DNA from: Parcubacteria group bacterium GW2011_GWC1_45_13 | GTDB lineage: Bacteria > Patescibacteriota > Minisyncoccia > UBA11713 > 2-01-FULL-45-33 | Assembly (NCBI GenBank): GCA_001001285.1 | Contig: LCKG01000001.1 | Location: 39,223 to 103,222, forward strand | Length of the DNA stretch: 64,000 nt | Reading direction: 5' to 3' | Shown: positions 57,202-64,000 of the stretch, piece after piece | Position numbering within the stretch: the stretch's first letter is position 1 | How the letters are laid out: every line of letters begins with the position of its first letter | Notes under the pieces: model-generated | The model's input: the letters and a program-made list of their open reading frames with translations, nothing else | Told to the model about the DNA's origin: nothing | Databases searched by the model: none | Program-made: the position numbers and the translations under genes

Positions 57202-57825
57202 CTATAAGAAGGGCCCGAGAGCTGTGATGGCCGAGGATAGCACTTCGTCTTTAGGCCTGTCAGCATTGATTACGCAAATATTGCCGAAGCGTCCGTTCTC
57301 GGCCAACCACATATAGTTGGCGCGGATTTTCTCCAGCACTTTTTTTTCAGACCAATCAACAAACCGGATTCCTTTCCGCTCAAGACGCTCCAAGCAAACA
57401 TCCGCAGGCGCGTCCAAAAGGAGCGCGATATGCGGATAAATCATATGTTCGCCAATTATCTCATCGTTCATCCGCTCGTAATCTTCCACCTTGCCCTCAG
57501 ACATACCGTCAGCCAGAGTTAAGAGCCAGTAGTTTACGGTAAGCACCCAGTTGCCCAGCTGAAGATGAGGCTTGATTATGCTGCGGATATGGTCAAACCG
57601 GTCTTCAATACGCAACCGCTGAAGTTCACGGTTTGTCCCCGGGAGCGGCATTTTTCCGTCAAGAATTCTTTGAACACGATGTCCTACCTGCCCGCCGGTG
57701 GGTTCTTGGGTCAATAAAATATCCAGCCCTTTTTCCGTAAAACAAAGCTCAATCGCATTGGCCAGCGTGGATTTGCCTGCACCGTCAAGTCCTTCAATGG
57801 CAATAAACCGCGGCGTGTTTTTCAT
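57202..57825 (-). CDS. tmk: Thymidylate kinase-like (DRY motif altered)
   Basis: IEGLDGAGKST, QEPT, DR..H, INAD. Confidence 0.8.
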   Translation of the reverse strand: MKNTPRFIAIEGLDGAGKSTLANAIELCFTEKGLDILLTQEPTGGQVGHRVQRILDGKMPLPGTNRELQRLRIEDRFDHIRSIIKPHLQLGNWVLTVNYWLLTLADGMSEGKVEDYERMNDEIIGEHMIYPHIALLLDAPADVCLERLERKGIRFVDWSEKKVLEKIRANYMWLAENGRFGNICVINADRPKDEVLSSAITALGPFL

Positions 57826-57879
57826 ATCGCCTCCTTTGGTTAAAATCGCAAAGAAACCTCCAATAAGAGGTTAGCAGGA

Positions 57880-58305
57880 TTATTCAGTCACTTCAATCCC
57901 CATTGAGCGGGCGGTGCCTTCAATAATTTTCATCGCCGCGTCTGTATTATTGGCGTTTAAATCCTCCATTTTCCGTTCGGCGATTTCGCGGATTTTCGCG
58001 CGCGAAACCTTGCCGACTTTTCCGGCCAAAGGATTCGCCGCGCCTTTTTCAACCCCCACTGCTTTCCTCAAAAGGTCGGAGGCTGGCGGAGTTTTTAATT
58101 TAAAATCGAAAGTCCGGTCTTGGTAGATCGTAATTTCCGCCGGAATTATGTCGTCTCCCATTTGGACGGTCGCCGCATTGAATTTACTCACGAATTCGCC
58201 GATGTTGATTCCGTGCTGACCCAAAGCCGGGCCGATCGGCGGCGCCGGCGTGGCTTTACCAGCCGGTATCTGAAGTTTTAATATTGTTTTGATTGCTTTG
58301 GCCAT
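57880..58305 (-). CDS. rplK: 50S ribosomal protein L11
   Basis: [27 protein letters not shown]. Confidence 0.99.
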   Translation of the reverse strand: MAKAIKTILKLQIPAGKATPAPPIGPALGQHGINIGEFVSKFNAATVQMGDDIIPAEITIYQDRTFDFKLKTPPASDLLRKAVGVEKGAANPLAGKVGKVSRAKIREIAERKMEDLNANNTDAAMKIIEGTARSMGIEVTE

Positions 58306-58306
58306 T

Positions 58307-58852
58307 TTACAACTTTTTAACTTGTAAGAAGTCTAACTCCACCGGAGTCTCGCGGCCGAACATTGAGACAAAAACTTTCGCTTTGCCTCTGGCTTCGTCA
58401 ATCTCGTGCACTTTTCCTTCAAAATCTTTAAACGGTCCGTCAATTATGCGCACGGGATCGCCTACCGAAATATCAATTTTATGAACCGGCTCGTCTTTAC
58501 CCATTCTGGAAAAAAGCGAATCAATTTCTTCTTTGGCCAAAGGCACGGGCGTGGTGCCCGAACCCACGAAGCCGGTGACCCGCGGGGTATTCCTGACAAC
58601 ATACCACGAAGCGTCCGTCACTACCATCTCCACCAAAACATAACCTGGATAAATTTCTTCCTCAACCACTCTGCGCTTGCCGCCTTTTATTTTTATTTTT
58701 TTTTCCTTAGGCACCACCACCTGAAAAATTTGGTTTTCCATTCCCAAAGACTCAATCCGCTGGCGGAGATTTCTTGCGACCGCGTCTTCATAGCCGGAGT
58801 AGGTGTGCACGGCGTACCAATTTTTCCCGAATTCTGAAGTTTGTTTTGCCAT
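58307..58852 (-). CDS. nusG: Transcription factor NusG
   Basis: [28 protein letters not shown]. Confidence 0.99.
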   Translation of the reverse strand: MAKQTSEFGKNWYAVHTYSGYEDAVARNLRQRIESLGMENQIFQVVVPKEKKIKIKGGKRRVVEEEIYPGYVLVEMVVTDASWYVVRNTPRVTGFVGSGTTPVPLAKEEIDSLFSRMGKDEPVHKIDISVGDPVRIIDGPFKDFEGKVHEIDEARGKAKVFVSMFGRETPVELDFLQVKKL

Positions 58853-58858
58853 AATGAT

Positions 58859-59041
58859 TTAAATAAAAGTCTGCAGGATGCTGGTAAAAATAAAATCAAA
58901 GGCGCCCAAAACCGCCGCCACGCCCAAAGAGACTAAAATCACGGTCGCGGTGTAGCGCAAAGTTTCGGCTCTGGTGGGCCAGTTCACTTTTTTCATCTCC
59001 AGCCTGGTTTCTTTAAGATAGTTGGCAAGTTTTTGAAACAT
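58859..59041 (-). CDS. secE: Preprotein translocase SecE
   Basis: EMKKVNWPTRAE plus TM; upstream of nusG. Confidence 0.97.
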   Translation of the reverse strand: MFQKLANYLKETRLEMKKVNWPTRAETLRYTATVILVSLGVAAVLGAFDFIFTSILQTFI

Positions 59042-59120
59042 ATTTAAATTTTAGCACTTTTAAAAGCCCCGGAGGGCCTTATATTCAGATACTACTCCAT
59101 TTAAAAAATAAGTCAAATCG

Positions 59121-59149
59121 TTGACAAACATAACCATACATGCTAATCT
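59121..59149 (+). promoter_or_regulatory. Consensus sigma70 promoter
   Basis: TTGACA-17 bp-TAATCT with TGn; SD GGAAGGAG before 59188. Confidence 0.75.
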
Positions 59150-59187
59150 GTTTTTAGAAGAAATTTCTAATCAGGAAGGAGATCTAG

Positions 59188-59517
59188 ATGAATACTGTTC
59201 TTATCTTGGGTGCGCCAGTCGTTAAAGAAAGACAATACGTCGCTTTAACAAAAAAGATTATTGAGTACTTTAAAGTCTGCGGGCTCCAAGAAGTAATTGT
59301 CTTTTTCCCGCGAGATCTGATGAAATGGGATTTGGGAAAAGAAATGACGGTTTGCATATCCGGCCCGTATCTCGATTTTGACAGAGGATCAAAACAGGCC
59401 TTGGCCGCCGCAGTTGGTTTGATAGTTCGACGGGCATTTGAGCCAAAGAAAATCTCTTGCTCTGTGCAATGCGAACCAACACCCGGCGAGGGGCACTGGT
59501 CCTATCCCCATTCATAG
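59188..59517 (+). CDS. Hypothetical 109-aa protein
   Basis: Own promoter, SD and terminator. Confidence 0.7.
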   Translation: MNTVLILGAPVVKERQYVALTKKIIEYFKVCGLQEVIVFFPRDLMKWDLGKEMTVCISGPYLDFDRGSKQALAAAVGLIVRRAFEPKKISCSVQCEPTPGEGHWSYPHS

Positions 59518-59539
59518 TGTTTCCGAAATCTTCGTCTTC

Positions 59540-59565
59540 AGCCGCGCTTTCATAGGCGGCTTTTT
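59540..59565 (+). terminator. Intrinsic terminator
   Basis: AGCCGC...GCGGCT followed by TTTT. Confidence 0.65.
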
Positions 59566-59647
59566 AAATTAAATCCGGATTCTTCACCGCTTTGGCGTGC
59601 CCCGCACCAATCGCTTCGCGATGGTACGGGGTAAACGTTTGTATGTG
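59564..59647 (-). repeat. Recoded duplicate of the gyrB 3' end, interrupted by a 36-nt hairpin element (59600-59635)
   Basis: Reads H-IQT-[FTPYHREAIGAG]-HAKAVKNPDLI* versus gyrB end [13 protein letters not shown]. Confidence 0.85.
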
Positions 59648-61666
<2,019 letters not shown>

Positions 61667-61780
61667 CTAAAGTTATACCCAAATCTTAGCACAAAAATCC
61701 GCCAAGCACAAACCCCAAAATTTGACATAAACACCGCTCCCCGCGTTTTTTTATTTTCATTTTTCCTAACTTCGCAAACC

Positions 61781-61812
61781 GCAAATTAATCCGCGATCGC
61801 GTATTAATTTGC
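61781..61812. repeat. 32-bp near-perfect palindrome upstream of gyrB
   Basis: GCAAATTAATCCGCGATCGCGTATTAATTTGC (one mismatched pair). Confidence 0.75.
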
Positions 61813-61830
61813 ACTTTAAAGAAATTGAGG

Positions 61831-62346
61831 TTATTTACTGATGACAATAATTCTGCCTTTCCAGACCTTAAGAAATTCCGGCAAATTTAAAAACTTAAAT
61901 TCACCTTCGACGGCGCGGTAAGCGTTTGGATCGTGGAAATAAAATCCTTCGGGGGCTTCCCCGCTTCCTTTCAGCCCGACAATCAAAATAATGTGCCCTC
62001 CGCCAGCGTTTTTTACTGAAGCCAGAACCGGAATATTTTTTTCTAAATTTTCTGTTATAAACCCGATTCCGTCCTGCTTTTTATCTTCCAGCCATTCTTT
62101 TCTGAAAGAATTTTTAAATCCGTGTTTTTTGGCCAAATCAATAAGACCCTGATGAATCCAACCGACGCCGTTCAAATACGCGCCGAACGCCAGTCCCTCT
62201 TTTGTCAAATCATCCAAATTTATTTTTTCTGGGCCCAAAAATTCCATCGCCATCTTAAACGCGCAAGTTCCGCAACTCCGCGATTTCCATTCGGGGTCTA
62301 AAACATCCAACCGCTGGGAATAATAAGGGACATTAAGTTTTATCAC
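61831..62346 (-). CDS. Peptidase C39-like protein
   Basis: VPYYSQ, SCG, GH..IVG, HDP. Confidence 0.85.
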   Translation of the reverse strand: MIKLNVPYYSQRLDVLDPEWKSRSCGTCAFKMAMEFLGPEKINLDDLTKEGLAFGAYLNGVGWIHQGLIDLAKKHGFKNSFRKEWLEDKKQDGIGFITENLEKNIPVLASVKNAGGGHIILIVGLKGSGEAPEGFYFHDPNAYRAVEGEFKFLNLPEFLKVWKGRIIVISK

Positions 62347-63515
62347 CTCAATTCGGCGTTAAATTGTTTTTTGGTTTCGGAGTAAATTTGGGACATTATT
62401 TCATCAACTTCGCTTGAAATCAAAGTCCTCTCGTTGCTTCTGAAAATTATCCGGTAGGCGTAGCTAATTTTACCTTCCCCGAACTTTTTGGAGCTTTCAT
62501 ATTTATCAATCAAACTTACTTCTTCAACCAAATCTCCTCCTGCCTTGTCGGCAGACAGGCCCAAATCCCTTATCAAATCAAAATAATTATTCGGCACAAA
62601 ATCGTTCGCGACGACAAAAGATATGTCTCGCGTAATCGGCGGATATTTGCTCACCGGAATATATTTATTTCCCAAACGCAGTTGCTTTGTAATCCGCGGG
62701 TCTTCCGACCAAAAAAGGCGGATGTCGGGCAAATTCATGCTGACCATTGCAAGGCGTTCCAGGCCTGGTCCGAAAGCCCAGCCGTTGTATTCATCGGGGT
62801 CAACGCCGAAATTTTTCAGCACCGCGCCCTTTACCACGCCCGCGCCCAAAACTTCCAGCCAGCGGCTTTCAACTTCTATTTCCATTTCCAAGCTAGGGTC
62901 AGTATAAGGAAACTGGTCGGTGTTGAAACGATATTTAACGTCTTTACCGTAAATCGCCCTTGCCATCTCTAACAGCACGTTTTGTAAATCTTCTATTGTG
63001 ACAATGTGGTCTTTTTTGCGACATAAATACCAGCCGTCAATTTGATGAAACACAGGCAAATGAAAACGATCAATTTCGTCTTTACGATAGACCTTGCCGT
63101 AAGATAATGCGCCAACCGGCTGGCCCATTTCTATCTTTCTTTTCACGCCGGGCAAATTTAAATGATAGTACCACATCACCGTGGTATGGGTGCGCAAAAT
63201 ATGTCTGCTATCAACAAAATATGTATCCGAAGAACTGCGCGCAGGATGATTTTTAGGAAAATTAAACAAGTCAAAACTAATTTCTGCCGAAACGATTTCC
63301 GGAACTTGGATTTTATCAAAATCGGCGAATCTCGGAATCTTTAAAATCCGGCCTACAAGCTCGTTTATCGGGCTTTCTTCGGCTCTAGACAAGTCCGGCA
63401 TTTTCAAAAACCGCAAAATCCGCTTTGCTTCCGCGTCAGTTCTTTTCTCAAGAGATTTTATCAGCCCCGCCTCTTCGGGAGATTTAATTTCAATATTGGA
63501 CATGTTTTTAATCAT
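62343..63515 (-). CDS. pheS: Phenylalanyl-tRNA synthetase catalytic domain fused to FDX-ACB anticodon-binding domain
   Basis: HPAR..DT, LRTHTT, YRKDEID..H.PVFHQ, FPYTDPS, GWAFG.GLERLAM, SKYP...RDISF..ELR. Confidence 0.93.
   Translation of the reverse strand: MIKNMSNIEIKSPEEAGLIKSLEKRTDAEAKRILRFLKMPDLSRAEESPINELVGRILKIPRFADFDKIQVPEIVSAEISFDLFNFPKNHPARSSSDTYFVDSRHILRTHTTVMWYYHLNLPGVKRKIEMGQPVGALSYGKVYRKDEIDRFHLPVFHQIDGWYLCRKKDHIVTIEDLQNVLLEMARAIYGKDVKYRFNTDQFPYTDPSLEMEIEVESRWLEVLGAGVVKGAVLKNFGVDPDEYNGWAFGPGLERLAMVSMNLPDIRLFWSEDPRITKQLRLGNKYIPVSKYPPITRDISFVVANDFVPNNYFDLIRDLGLSADKAGGDLVEEVSLIDKYESSKKFGEGKISYAYRIIFRSNERTLISSEVDEIMSQIYSETKKQFNAELR
62539..62559 (-). repeat. 21-nt palindromic micro-element, in frame in pheS
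   Basis: CCTGTCTGCCGACAAGGCAGG; removal gives DLGGDLVEEV. Confidence 0.8.
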
Positions 63516-64000
63516 TTAGTTCCGGATGCCAATAAATTTTTTCTATTTTACGCGCGGGAGTGCCATCCGGGTTGGTGCCGTAAGTAACATGGTGCTTCCG
63601 AGGGCATTTATCAGTAAAAGAGTTGCTGATTGCCTCCGCGCCTCCGATATAAAAACCTGTGTGTGGGTGCTCTGTCCTATCTTCGAACCTTACCGTCTTC
63701 CAAACAATAACCGCTCCGGGCTTTAATTGGGCAACTTCGCGCCATCCGTTTTCAAGCATATCTTTAACTGTTCCGGAAACTGTGGCATGCGGCTTTTTAA
63801 TAAGCTCCTGATTCAATAAAACCGCTGACGCGAAAACAGCGCATGATAAAGCGCCATCCTCAAGAATATCTTTTTCCACGCCGTCAACATACGCGTATAA
63901 ATTTCGGAAAAGATAATTGTTCCCGCCTTTGATTGAATTTTCTACAATCGCTAAAAGCGACTTGAGTTTTTTAATGCGGATATTATGTGTTGGCAGCGGA
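63508..64000 (-). CDS. NlpC/P60/CHAP-like protein, 5' end outside window
   Basis: Frame is open to the window end; SCAVFAS, PGAVIVW, HTGFY Cys/His pattern. Confidence 0.55.
   Translation of the reverse strand, partial: PLPTHNIRIKKLKSLLAIVENSIKGGNNYLFRNLYAYVDGVEKDILEDGALSCAVFASAVLLNQELIKKPHATVSGTVKDMLENGWREVAQLKPGAVIVWKTVRFEDRTEHPHTGFYIGGAEAISNSFTDKCPRKHHVTYGTNPDGTPARKIEKIYWHPELND

Noticed and set aside
61686-61760. 24-codon minus-strand ORF upstream of gyrB
   Set aside because: No supporting signal; overlaps the likely promoter region.

Overview
Window from a small-genome bacterium using the standard genetic code. It is most consistent with Patescibacteria/Parcubacteria (CPR): rplK is not followed by rplA, core genes lack Shine-Dalgarno (SD) sites, and PheRS is a single-chain type. 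About 1-50 kb is a large, mostly minus-strand surface-glycan locus. It encodes dTDP-amino-sugar genes, a VTC/DUF4956/CotH block, a UbiA-HAD-epimerase-GtrA block, a heptose-type pathway (tal, gmhA, gmhB, hddA, nucleotidyltransferases, oxidoreductases), many GT2/GT-C/GT4 glycosyltransferases, two B12-binding radical SAM enzymes, asnB and an MNT-HEPN toxin-antitoxin pair. About 50-64 kb holds secD, an unusual pyrimidine-nucleotide cluster (dcd, cytidylyltransferase, deaminase, HIT, folA, thyA, tmk), rplK-nusG-secE, gyrB, a C39-like peptidase and pheS. Three signals are not explained by the gene list. (1) A family of 21/24-nt palindromic micro-elements (CCYGYC...RCRGG) sits in frame in gmhB, a GT-C, gyrB (twice) and pheS, with a second GCGAAGC-hairpin family. 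(2) Two genes have orphan, synonymously diverged copies of their 3' ends: the transaldolase end recurs 5.8 kb downstream around a TA-carrying cassette, and the gyrB end recurs in frame right after its own stop codon. (3) SD-led, self-promoted solo genes are inserted antisense among apparently leaderless host genes. All protein family calls come from motif recognition only; no database searches were run.
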